Notes: generated from the sequence alone by a model not told the origin. DNA of 63,398 nucleotides, filler included, from Octopus bimaculoides (GCF_001194135.2; 5 parts of 4 records of this genome joined end to end with filler, not necessarily neighbours in it), one strand, 5' to 3'. Numbered from the whole stretch's first letter, positions 40,225 to 52,045 are shown. Program-made: numbers and translations.

Positions 40225-40722
40225 TGTGTGTGTGTGTGGCGAACCCTGCTGTATTCTTTCACCACAACTTTCTCTCACTCTTTCATCCTGCTTCTGTTGT
40301 AGCTGTATGTTTGGGTGTGTGTGTGTTTGTGTGTGTGCACATATACGTGTATATATATATTTATATACATAAACATACACTTCATCTCCTTAAAGAAATG
40401 TAATCTCTATTTCCCTACAACTGCATCATCACCTACCACACTTTCTTAATAAAACCACAAATAAATTCTTTGGTTACACCGCAAACACACTCACAAAAAC
40501 TGGGCTACACTTAAACGCACATACAGACATACATGGAAACATGTAAATATATTTATTTATAAACAGAATTAGTTAAACTCTTTAATATATCATGGTAAAT
40601 TAGATAATCGTTACACAGACGATTACATAATCAACTTGAAACTCCAGATATTCAGAAGAAATTGGTAATTTAATTCCTTGTTAATTACTAACCTCAGGTG
40701 GTAATTATCTATGTATCTAAGC

Positions 40723-40753
<31 letters not shown>

Positions 40754-40757
40754 GATG

Positions 40758-40865
<108 letters not shown>

Positions 40866-40899
40866 CTTACACATCTTTTCTCTCTCTCCATTTTTTTCT

Positions 40900-41060
40900 C
40901 GTTTTCTCTCATTTTTTTCCCTCTCAATCCTTTCTGTCGAAGCGCATAGACTCGTAACGTCAAAGACTTTTCCATTCGTCCCAAGCATCAAACTAATACA
41001 CTTGCTTGCTGTTCTCTCACCTGTCTTCGTCTTTTGCTTTTTGTAAATTTGAACTGTATA
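40900..41060 (+). mobile_element. Penelope-type terminal fragment with a degenerate hammerhead motif (40930-40965)
   Basis: Stem I CUUU/AAAG, CUGUCGA, G(U)AACGUC with ACGU palindrome and GUC triplet. Confidence 0.4.
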
Positions 41061-41176
41061 TATATATATATAAATTCAATAATAGGAGGAATTCTTTTAC
41101 AAGAATTTATCAAGTAGCTAGCGTGACAAAACCTCATAAGGGAAAAAATCCATCATTTATTCCCGAAATATATATT

Positions 41177-41224
<48 letters not shown>

Positions 41225-41324
41225 NNNNNNNNNNNNNNNNNNNNNNNNNNNNNNNNNNNNNNNNNNNNNNNNNNNNNNNNNNNATATACAGGCACACACA
41301 CATACACAAACACACTCAAAATTA

Positions 41325-41500
41325 CGAAAGATCTACTAATAGTTTCATGTTTTATGATACCTTAAATTGGCAGATTTATAAATTACACCGTGTATCTCTA
41401 AGCAATCTTTCAGTCTCTCTTCATGCGTTAGATGTATTTAAAAACTAGGACTCTTGTCTGTGAGAAAATGAGTAAAACTGGGAAGATAAAAATGCAGAAG
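41325..41500 (-). repeat. Diverged solo copy of the terminal repeat flanking 24360-25855
   Basis: GAAAGATCTACTAATAGTTTCATG..TTATGATAC..TTTATAAAT..GCAATCTTTC aligns by eye to 24360-24450. Confidence 0.6.
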
Positions 41501-41659
41501 TGGCTTGGCCCAGGAGTGGCTGCGTGGTAAGAAATTTCCTGTTGCCATGCCGACGTTAACTCTTTAACAGTGAAAATGACTTGTATCAAGAATACGCCAG
41601 AGCACCACATCCTTTCTAAACAAGAGTGACACTCATTCGTACATTCGAGCTGTTCTAAA

Positions 41660-41860
41660 TCCTGGGTCTTATCATAGCCGATGATCTCGACAAGCTAAAG
41701 CACTTTCTTAAGATGGTTAGAACAATATCCCAAATTCTTATCCTTTGGTTCAGTGTCAGGCCATATTCCATTCCCAGGAGGTACTGGACACTAAAAGGTT
41801 CGAGTGAGGCCCGCAATTGATTACTGCAAGTAAATCTCAAAGTATGCTGCCGCTACGCAA
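41660..41860 (+). mobile_element. Possible CR1-like LINE C-terminal remnant
   Basis: LGLIIADDL and VRPAIDYC resemble CR1 DLGV.ID and VRP.LEY motifs; heavily degraded. Confidence 0.3.
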
Positions 41861-42529
41861 CCTACCATCCTCAATTTACTCGTCTGGTTGGCACACTGCA
41901 TACACCCTATTCTGTGGTAGATACCACACGGGAGAAACTCCCATATTGGCCTTTGGTGCACAATACACTCTTGTTTATATCGCGAGTGGAGAGATAATTG
42001 TCAGATCAGCTCAAAATAAATAGATATTTCAGTTTGAAGTATACTATGTTTAAATAAAATACAGGATACATTGGCCAAAAAATGTCAAGCTCTAGGAATC
42101 TATCTGCTTTCATCAACATGACAACATTCTTTCGAACTGGAAGTGACGTCATTTCTAAATAGAGTTCATTTAGATATGAATAAAAATATAGACAGTCTGA
42201 TGTTTGTCATCAGTCGTAGAACCATATGAGAAAATCAAGCGAATAAACTGTAATGATAAACAGCAGCAAGAGAGGCCAAATGGGGAAAGTAAATTTCCTT
42301 CAGCATGAGATTGTGTAAGATCAGACAAACGTCTAAGTTATCACTGTATATTTGCTGCTGATACTGTTGTTCTCGGTGTAACATAACGATTGAGAGTTTT
42401 ATATACGGAGGGTCAAAAGTCACGCACAAAATAACTTCAACATGCTCCGGATTTGTCAAAGACATGCTTCAGTTTTACTAAAAGTGAAAAAAATATATAA
42501 GATAAATGATGAATACACATATACTTATA

Positions 42530-42938
42530 TCACAGATCCCCCTCCATGTTTATCAATTGGAAGAAAGTAGTCTGAGTCAAATGCTTCTTTTGGCTGTCTC
42601 CACACGTATACTCGGCCGGTGGTCGGAAATAAGTTAAAGGATGACTCGCCCGAGAAAATCACATTCTTCCACTGCTCTAGGAACCAAACCAATTCTGTAG
42701 GTTTTTACTCTAATTTAAACACTTTGCAACGTATATTTTTGAAAGTAGTGGTTTCCTGATTGCAGCCCTCCCGTCAAATCCGGCGTTGTGTAGCTCCTGG
42801 TGAAGAGTTTTTGTTGAAACTGGGTTCTCGATGTAATCATTAAGCTCTGCAGTAATTTTAGGAGCTGTACTTTTGTGATCCTTTCTAACAATTTGTGTAA
42901 GAGTCCAATGGTCTCTCTCTGAAAGTTCTGGTTTCCTT
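42530..42938 (-). mobile_element. Tc1-family transposase fragment
   Basis: Minus translation KPELSERD..IVRKDHKSTAPKITAELN..GRAAIRKPLLS..QWKNVIFSGESSF..GRVYVWRQPKEA..KHGGGSV. Confidence 0.85.
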
Positions 42939-43727
42939 NNNNNNNNNNNNNNNNNNNNNNNNNNNNNNNNNNNNNNNNNNNNNNNNNNNNNNNNNNNNNN
43001 NNNNNNNNNNNNNNNNNNNNNNNNNNNNNNNNNNNNNNNNNNNNNNNNNNNNNNNNNNNNNNNNNNNNNNNNNNNNNNNNNNNNNNNNNNNNNNNNNNNN
43101 NNNNNNNNNNNNNNNNNNNNNNNNNNNNNNNNNNNNNNNNNNNNNNNNNNNNNNNNNNNNNNNNNNNNNNNNNNNNNNNNNNNNNNNNNNNNNNNNNNNN
43201 NNNNNNNNNNNNNNNNNNNNNNNNNNNNNNNNNNNNNNNNNNNNNNNNNNNNNNNNNNNNNNNNNNNNNNNNNNAGAGAGAGAGAGAGAGAGAGATTAAG
43301 GGCGAATTTTTGAGATTTAGAAAAGTAAATTTAATATTTCAAAACTAAAATATCAATATAGATTCCTAAATCAAGAGAAGCGATGGCTGTTGGAATAACT
43401 GCTATTACATTGTTTTCCCACCACTAGTCGATGTAGTCGAAAAACGATGCTCAGACAGAAAAACGATGCGGCAACAATAACTACAACAGCAACAGAAGCA
43501 CGAGCAGCAACGACTAACAAGCTATATTTAAAAATGACGCAAGCATGACCTCCACCACCTTCCCCAACATCCCCCACCCCGCCATCATTATAAATATTAA
43601 TAAAACGACAACATCGGTGGTTGTTTTTCTAAGCAGAATGGGAACAGTTTCGCACAAACTTGCTGGAAAATGGAAAAAGTCGAATTGACATAACAAATGT
43701 TGAGCGACGCTGAGCTGCACTTAGAAC

Positions 43728-44295
43728 AGTCTTTCTTAACACACCGGAGGAAGTGCAAGAAGACGCTATGAAAAAAAAACTCATTATATATAAATGTGTA
43801 TCATTAAAGAAGGGAGGACTATAGCGGGCGACGCAGGCCCAGATCGAGAAATGCCTGAGACCGGTTTGGTGTTTAAAAACTTATGTCGCCTGTGGGAGAC
43901 ACTTTGGTACAGTTGAAGTAAGATGCTCAACTGAAGTATTAGCCAAAGAAAATACTACAACAACCATGGAAAGCGAGGAATTATGGCTAATTCCGACATA
44001 CCTTGGTCGCAAGTTAGTCAAAATAAAGGTAGCGGAGATGCCCAGAAGTGGACATCTCTTTGCTCCCAGCAATTTTGTTAAAAGGTGGGCCAATGTGTCA
44101 GGAATGGTCCGCGTGAACGAGCCTAGTCTAAGCATGCGCCTGTAGCCCCAAGGGAATTAGTTATTATTATAATTTTATATAGTTACACTTTTGTTTTACT
44201 TTTTAAACATCTTTTATGTAGCCCTACATTGTATTGTCCTGTCCCGTCCCTATTTTTTTTTTGTGAACCGTTAGTGGTGAATAAAGAAAAAAACA
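43728..44295 (+). mobile_element. Putative internally deleted L1/Tx1-like LINE (ORF1 N-terminus fused to ORF2 C-terminus, poly-A tail)
   Basis: Single frame 43768-44145 with one stop: MKKKLIIYKCVSLKKGGL*..EKCLRPVW..GRHFGTVEVR..LWLIPTYLGRKLVKIKVAEMP|..FVKRWANVSGMVRVNEPSLSMRL*; AATAAAGAAAAAAAC at ~44280. Family assignment is from recalled motifs. Confidence 0.5.
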
Positions 44296-44311
44296 TTATT
44301 ATTTATCATTA

Positions 44312-44530
44312 GGGTGGCGACTTGGCAGAATCATTGGCACGCCGTGCATCATGCTTAGCGGCATTTCACCCATCTTTATGTTCTGAGCAGAAACTCTGCT
44401 GAGGTCGACTTTGCCCTTTTTCCTTACGGAGTCGATGAATTAAGTTCCAGTGAAACACTGGGGTCGATGTAATCGACTAGTGCCCTCGCCCCAAATTTCA
44501 GGCCTTGTGCCTTTAGTAGAAACGATTATT
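44312..44530 (+). mobile_element. SINE family D (full length)
   Basis: GGTGGCGACTTGGCAGAATC head; GAGGTCGACTTTGCC; CAGGCCTTGTGCC tail and (ATT)n. Confidence 0.8.
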
Positions 44531-45197
44531 ATTATTATTATTTGTTCAGAACAAAGTGAAATTTATAGCAGACTTTTATGAGAGAAAATATTCATGTTTA
44601 TTTTTTATTATTATTATCATGTTATCAAGCGCTACTCCTGTTGCAGCAGTTCTGTAGCTGAACTATACTCTCTTTACAAATATTGAGTTTTTTTTTCTTT
44701 ACATTCACATACATGCAAGTTATTACTACATGGATTCCCAAGTAAAAGAACAGTTTCTTTTACTGTATGCTAGCAGGAGAAAGAAGTCTTTGATCGCTCT
44801 AATGTTTCATAGAATTCTCCTTCTCTGACACGCTGTTCAGCGTGTGTTGTTTCATTCATTTATAGATTAGTTTTATGGTCGATCGATTGACTAAGGCATG
44901 TAACCCTGTGTAACCCGGCTATAATAGAGCGGGGTCATAATAGGTATGTGTAATGTAAAATTTCCCAATTATTCATAGGATGAAATAATAATAATAATAA
45001 TAATGATAATTATAATGATAATAATAATAATAATAATAACCTTTCTATAAGAGTTGCAAGGCCTGAAATTGATTGGGGGAAGGGTTTAGTCGATTATNNN
45101 NNNNNNNNNNNNNNNNNNNNNNNNNNNNNNNNNNNNNNNNNTTAATTAATTAANNNNNNNNNNNNNNNNNNNNNNNNNNNNNNNNNNNNNNNNNNNN

Positions 45198-45242
<45 letters not shown>

Positions 45243-47077
45243 CATACATACGTACATATAGATATAGGTACATATACATCAATTTTCATATATATATATA
45301 CATATATATATGCATATATGTGCGCATATGTCTGTATAAATGTAGATAGATAGATAGATAGATAGATAGATATGCTGATGTATGTGTGCATATATGTTTG
45401 TCTGTGTACATATGTACGTGTATATACCGATGCATGTTTCTAGGAATTGGTGAAGAGTATTTTCATACGCAATATGCAGTGTGGGAGTACATGCGTTTAT
45501 GTGTGTATGTAAGGATGTGCATATATATCGTTATAGTGAAAGTTCCAAGGTTCCTGCGCAAAATATTACTATGCATATATTTTCATAAGATGTTGAAAGT
45601 TCTATAAGTATGATACCGTGTAAATAAATAAATTGCTGTTTCTATTCTAACAGTGTTATTATCAATTTAGAAATTACGAAATATTGATAGTTACGGATTA
45701 CACATATAAAAAATGTATATATACACACATATACGTAGGTAGATGTATCACTCATACATAATTATAAGTATTGTACCGAGAAGAGAACAACGAAGTGTAA
45801 TCACCTTCAACACTTGTAAGCTTTCAACGGCTTGCTGGCCTAAAATTTGAGTTACCGTGGCGAAAATGCAACAAATACATGCAAAGCATTATCTCCGAAT
45901 CCCTGTTGACACAGATACTTTGTTTTGATGCGAACTATAAGTAGGTGTGTGAGTACTTGTATGCGATACATAATATAGTGTGAATTGTCTGAAGAGTGAC
46001 AATTGAATTGAAAATAAATACTTTGATAATCGTATATTTAATATTTAACGTGCATTGTTGACATTCATGTATCTGCCGTTGAGATGATATCAAGCTACCA
46101 ACATTTGTTAATGTAACTTCATGAAGCTTTCCACTTCCTTCACAATATATATGGAACGAAGCGTTTAATTTTTGGATTACTTCATACTTATTATTAATGT
46201 AAATATACTATTGCCTTCAAAGTTTGAACATTGGTCTTTCTCTCTACGACATAAATCATACTCTTGTTCCTGTTCTCTTACTTACTTATCCTCGAAATAT
46301 TTCCCTCTCTTATTGTAATTGAACGTAATATATTTCAAACCGAATATACAGATATATTTTCCTTTCAACATTTCTAATATTAAGTGAAGGATGCAGCTTG
46401 TCTTCATTCATCCCTAGATATTACTACAGAGCATTGGCAAGATTCGGTTGGTATCCGTAAATGTCGGATGAGCATGTTATGGCTTAACATCGCAGAACCT
46501 TTCAATGATAAAGCTTCGTGTGTCGTGGTTGATATACCTATATTATAAGCCTGGGCGTGTTGAATAGATTTTAGTGTTTATGGTTGGTGCAAAGTGTTTT
46601 TCTACAGCATTGAAAATATTTTGCTCCATCCAATAATGTTCGCTTCTCTACATGAAATTAATCGAGGAGCAGAAAGGCGCAATTCTTCAGCAGGTTTTTC
46701 ACTAATATTCTAAATATTTACAAACAAATTTATTTAATTTCATAGATGCATGCCTTCTTAATATTATCACCAAACGTTCCAAAATCCATTTAAACGAATA
46801 CATAATCATGATACTAAAGACACCGTTATGCATATCATATATTAATGTTATATATATATATATAGGTTATGATAGTGGTGTCACTTAGACCCAGAGGTTT
46901 CAGGTGATGCTAAGTATGTGCTATGGATAGACCACAGTTAAGCTCCAGGTTCGGTGATTATGCGAATAAGGGGTCCATCGTAGGTGATATATCAGCGAAT
47001 AAATATATGGATTTACTTTTCGTATAATGAGATAAAAAAAAAACAAGGCTGTGTATGATATAGAACATTTATAAATT

Positions 47078-47127
47078 CGTCTCACATCTGTTTTCAGGAT
47101 ATTTGTTATATCCCTTCATCGGAGACG
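47078..47127 (-). ncRNA. Degenerate hammerhead motif (same family as 8947-8996)
   Basis: Minus strand CGUCU-CCGAUGA-AG-GGAUA(loop)UAUCC-U-GAAA-ACAGAUGU-G-AGACG: perfect 5 bp stem I, mutated core. Confidence 0.55.
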
Positions 47128-47263
47128 GTGTGAGTGGATGGTTAAGCAATAGTTAATTTAGTTAAAGACAATTGGATTTTCCTCACAAGTTAAAATACCT
47201 TGGAAACAGCTGTAAGACCTTCTATTTATAAATGTTTTTTTTATCTCATTACGAAAAGTAAAT

Positions 47264-47315
<52 letters not shown>

Positions 47316-47316
47316 A

Positions 47317-48734
47317 CTAGCAGTAAAACCCGCTGTTGTCCGGGTGTGACTTATTACGCCATCTACGATAAGTCTTGCTAGGTGAAAATCAACTAAAAAA
47401 GAAAGACTTACAACGAAAAAACCCTTATGATGTAAATATGTCCGTAATTCAAAAGACGATGAAATGAAAAGGGCATGTTTAAAGGATGTTTTGCGTAAAT
47501 CGTACGTAAATGTCATCCGTCTAATTGGCTATACAAATGATATGTGCAAAACAACTTTTTGCACTGCCCTGATTATACATAGCAGGGTAATCCCTTTTCG
47601 CAGGAACTAGGACGGCAATTTCTGATGAAGCAATTGCTGGCGATCTGTTGCTACACATTTTTGCCAGAATTCTAACAGATTGGGCAGAAGATGTTGATGC
47701 ACCATTTTGCATTATGTTCAAAGTAGCTTCTGGAATGTGGTGAATTGCTGCAGTCTGTTGCTGTCTTTTAAACCGGTTGCTTTCTTTCCCCAGCAAGCTC
47801 TCTTCTTTGGAGGCATAATCTATGTATATATTAAACAGAACAACAAAAGTTATAATAGTTGGCAGGGTCGGTAGTTTTCACATTTCGGTAATTTTGCGGA
47901 TTAAAATCCGCACGATTACTTAACCCTAACCCTAAAACCCTAACCCTAAAACCCTAACCCTGACCCTAAAACTGTAACCGTAACACTAACCATAACCCGG
48001 TAATCTTCAAGTTTAGGGAGTTAAAAAAAGAAAACAAAAAATATTCAAGGGAAATAACTGAACGACTTACCATTATTGTCCGTACTACTCTGAAATGTGT
48101 TTTCTTTTAGCTGTTTATAAATAAATCACACACGTGTTTTTGTTTTTGCTTTTTACACACAGGTTTTTTTTTCTAAAACAGCATGCGACAAAGGAGAGAA
48201 CTTTATCGATGGAAATGATAATGACATTCAACAGATATTAGATATTTATTCAAGGGTCAGCATGCAGTTCTAGAAATTAACCTACTCAACATTATAAACG
48301 TCAGAAATGGCAGCCAAAAAATTAGCGAATGTTTTTTTTTCTTTTGGGGTTGAATTCCGCCATAGAAATTCATGTAGATAAGATCAAAATAAGGTAATCT
48401 TCAAGTTTAGGGAGGTAAAAAAAGTAAATAAAAATATTCCGGTCTCTCAGCTAACTTCAATCTCTCAGCTAACTTCAATCAAATCACGTGTGTGATTTAT
48501 TTTTATTTACTTTTTTTATCCCTAAACTTGAAGACTACCCCCCTAACCGTAACCCTAAAACCCTAACCCTAACACCCTAATGAAAATCGTGCGGATGTTA
48601 ATCTGAAAAATTACCCACATTTGTAATGAAGTTCAGTGATTTTGCAATGTGTTGTCCTGTCGGTCAAACTAAAGCGTGAATGTTCTGAGACGCCTTACGG
48701 GAATAAAGAAACAAAAGGAAAATAGTGTAATAGA
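47317..48734 (-). mobile_element. Non-autonomous Helitron (~1.4 kb)
   Basis: Minus strand 5' A|TCTATT.. (48734); 3' hairpin ACCCG/CGGGT (47328-47345) just before CTAG|T (47317); same-strand ORF remnant MPPKKR.. starting at 47816. Confidence 0.7.
47921..47998. repeat. Degenerate interstitial telomere-like (TAACCC)n
   Basis: TAACCCTAACCCTAAAACCCTAACCC..; second array at 48539-48580. Confidence 0.9.
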
Positions 48735-50083
48735 TGCTTTTAAAAAGAAAAAAAAGGATTTTATCCCTTATATGTATACTGTTCAGTATCTATGCGTTGA
48801 ATAAAATCTATCTTTCTACTTGTACTACCATACATTTCAGCGCTTCGAAAAACAAACTTGTTTGTTTATATACAGCGTAACTATGACTTTGTATGCCTAA
48901 GAGAAAGTAGGAGTTATCGTTCGTAAACGTTCATAAGAGAAAGTAGGAGTGGAAAGGATTTGTAAAGGTCGTAGAAAGACGAAATTTACGTTTTATTAGA
49001 GGGGGGAAATGTTATTTTGCGCAGTTTAATGGATTTTATTGGTAACTGTGATTGATTTTGACGGAAAAAATGACGCAGTTACCTAGGTTATGGTATTTAG
49101 AATATTAATTCCGATTGTTTCATTCAAGAAATTTGAAATTGTGTAAATGTATGAATTGGATACATATACACACACACTCACAAACTCAGCTATATATATA
49201 TATATATATATATATAGGACGTAAAATATAAAACTGAAATCACAGCAACTACTGAGGATATCACGTCTTAAACTTACCACACACAATTAAAGTTATCATC
49301 CAGAATTTACTGATAGAGAAGGTATAATATAATGGCCGAATATTTACATGCCAGGAACGTACTGCAAACAATTTAGTTAAAGATGTCCAAGAGTTCTTGA
49401 AATGAGAGAGTGCACACAAGCGTTGAATGCAATAAATTATGCTAATTAATAATGCAGTCATGAAATATTGACAATGGAAAGCTTAACAGGTAATCGGAGA
49501 GTGGGCAAAGTCTCGTATATGCCATTCGGCAGGGAAAACAGCTCAAAATGAAGCAACCTAATATTTTTGACGAAAACTGATGTGATAGTATGAACCTCAT
49601 GATCAAGGCATTTCTATTGCTGCAATGAAGCAGCAATAGAAATGGAGAAATTATCCAAATATATGATCAGGTATTAGATTTCATCTGAATGTAAGAACAG
49701 ATTGAAAACAGAAGTAATATCTATAAAATATAGAAACAACGAAGATGATCAAAACAGACATTGCGAAATGCATGACCAAATTCACAGGTTGCATTTATAC
49801 ATGTAACATGCAAAATATATCGCCACCACCACCTCTTCTACTACTACTACAACTACTATTAATACTTCTACTACCATAACTACTATATCATACAAGGCAG
49901 TGCAATTTTAATAGATTAAAACATGATAATATACACGTTGAATAGAATAGAATAAATATCAAGTTACAATAAAATACGGAAAACAACGTTGCACGTTTCA
50001 AGACACACAGCTGCGCTCTGCTGTGCGCAGGAATCTCTCGGAAGCAAAATGGCTGTTTAAGAGAAATAATAATAATAATGATG

Positions 50084-50169
<86 letters not shown>

Positions 50170-50224
50170 AAGAAGAAGAAGAAGAAGAAGAAGAAGAAGA
50201 AGAAGAAGAAGAAGAAGAAGAAGA

Positions 50225-50430
50225 ATAGTGTAGCATTGGACATGATAAACAATCATATGAACAAAAATGTAGAAGCAATACCTAGATCCACAACACTCCA
50301 CACTGTCCAAAAAATACATCCTACGCAAGACACTATCAATTTAATGATACAACCTAAACAAAACAACCTACAGATACAAGTGACACTCTATACAGCATTT
50401 ACTCAGTGAAATGAATTACCACCAGCAAGC
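50225..50430 (+). mobile_element. Dong-clade 3' terminal fragment after (AAT)n/(AAG)n
   Basis: ALDMINNHMNKNVEAIP..TVQKI/HILRKTLSI* matches the C-terminus at 56234-56392. Confidence 0.65.
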
Positions 50431-50711
50431 TAAAAGGCAAAGCATTAAACACTTAACACGCAGTACAAGCAGTAACAGAGCAAAAGATAGTACAACACCA
50501 CAATGGAAAATAATGCTAATAATATACAGTACCGAGTATAATTTGGACACTTCTAACAGCAGAAAAGAACACACAATACTGCACACACCCCAGCAACATG
50601 GAGGTGTAGCAGGTGATGCAGCAGAAATTTGCCTCAATCTACAGAATATAGAACAATTACAAAATGATATTAATATTGACGTCTTTATTTTAATAGTCTA
50701 CGAATGTATAA

Positions 50712-50970
50712 TAAAATAATAAATGCGTCCTTTTAAAAACTAGCCAGGCTCATGGGCCCGGTGTCTGGTTTCAATGGCGCATGTGTTCCCCAGCTGGACG
50801 GGACGCCAGTCTATCGCAGCGTTACTCATTTTTGGCAACTGACTGGACTGGAGCAACGTGAAATGAAGTGTCTTGCTCAAGAACACAACGCGTCGCCCGG
50901 TCCAGGAATCGAAACCGCAATCTTACGATCAGGATGCTGACACCTTAACCATTAGGCCATGCGCTTCCAC
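50712..50970 (-). mobile_element. SINE family B
   Basis: Reverse complement of 38229-38490. Confidence 0.85.
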
Positions 50971-51052
50971 CTACGAATGTATACAATGAAATTTTGGGAC
51001 TTGGTGTCGGGATGACACTCGGCAATAAATGGAGACAAAACTCAATGTAGAA

Positions 51053-51146
<94 letters not shown>

Positions 51147-51148
<2 letters not shown>

Positions 51149-51275
51149 TCTACGCAAAACACTTTCAATACAGTAAACATAAGAGCACCACAGCAAACCA
51201 CAGCACATACCCAAGGCGCACAGAGCTGCGCTCGGTAGTGAAGTGAAAGCACGTTATAAAAATAAAACTACTGAA
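51147..51275 (+). mobile_element. Extremely 5'-truncated young Dong copy inside (AAT)n
   Basis: ILRKTLSIQ* plus 3' UTR, (AAT)n on both sides; identical by eye to the reverse complement of 56137-56265. Confidence 0.85.
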
Positions 51276-51276
51276 C

Positions 51277-51313
<37 letters not shown>

Positions 51314-51720
51314 TATGAATTTTGATGCTAAATGTTACAATTGTGGTATATTATTCGCAAGCTACTCGACGAAAACGAAAGCTCTTCTAGCTCCACAATC
51401 TATAGAAATGTTCTTCCTTTGTAATAGTCATATGAATCTAAATCTGTCTAATGAAAGATGCAATTTGAAAATATTGAGTAACGTTGTCAAACGTACAGAC
51501 GACTATATATTAATGACTATAGTAAATAACAGCTTGATATTTTTTACGACAAAAATTATATTAATTATCAACAAAACAATGCCAAATAAATATAATATTA
51601 TGCAGAAACCATTTTAGAAGCTCACTAATTACACTGATGTAGCTGTTGATTTATGAATATTATTGCTGTTTATACGTGTGTATAAAATCAATGTTATAAC
51701 TCTTCCATGAAACTTGTAAA

Positions 51721-51808
51721 TATGGTGTAGTGGTCAAGAGCGCGGGCTACTAAACCCAAGATACCCGAGTTCGATTCGCTCAATAATAATAATAACAACA
51801 ACAATAAC

Positions 51809-51840
<32 letters not shown>

Positions 51841-52045
51841 CAACAACGGAAAATACCTTAAGAATGAGAACCCAGGTTCGAAATTCCCCCAGGACACCCG
51901 ATGAAGGCCGCAGGGGATATCAACCGAAACGTTAGTCCACGGGAATATGGTGTAGTAGTTAAGTGCACGGGCTAACCCCAAGATTCCGAGATCGGTTCCA
52001 GGCAGTGACCTTAATAATAATAAATAATAATAATAATAATAATGA
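51721..52045 (+). mobile_element. Composite element: tRNA-like head - (AAT/AAC)n - hammerhead motif - second tRNA-like head - (AAT)n
   Basis: A-box TGGTGTAGTGGTCAAG, B-box GAGTTCGATTC; GACAC-CCGATGA-AGGC..CC-GAAACGTT (51893-51933); second head at 51946-52012. Confidence 0.75.

Noticed and set aside
47921-48580. Telomeric repeats as a chromosome end or fusion site
   Set aside because: Arrays are short, degenerate, same-orientation and inside a transposon-like unit.
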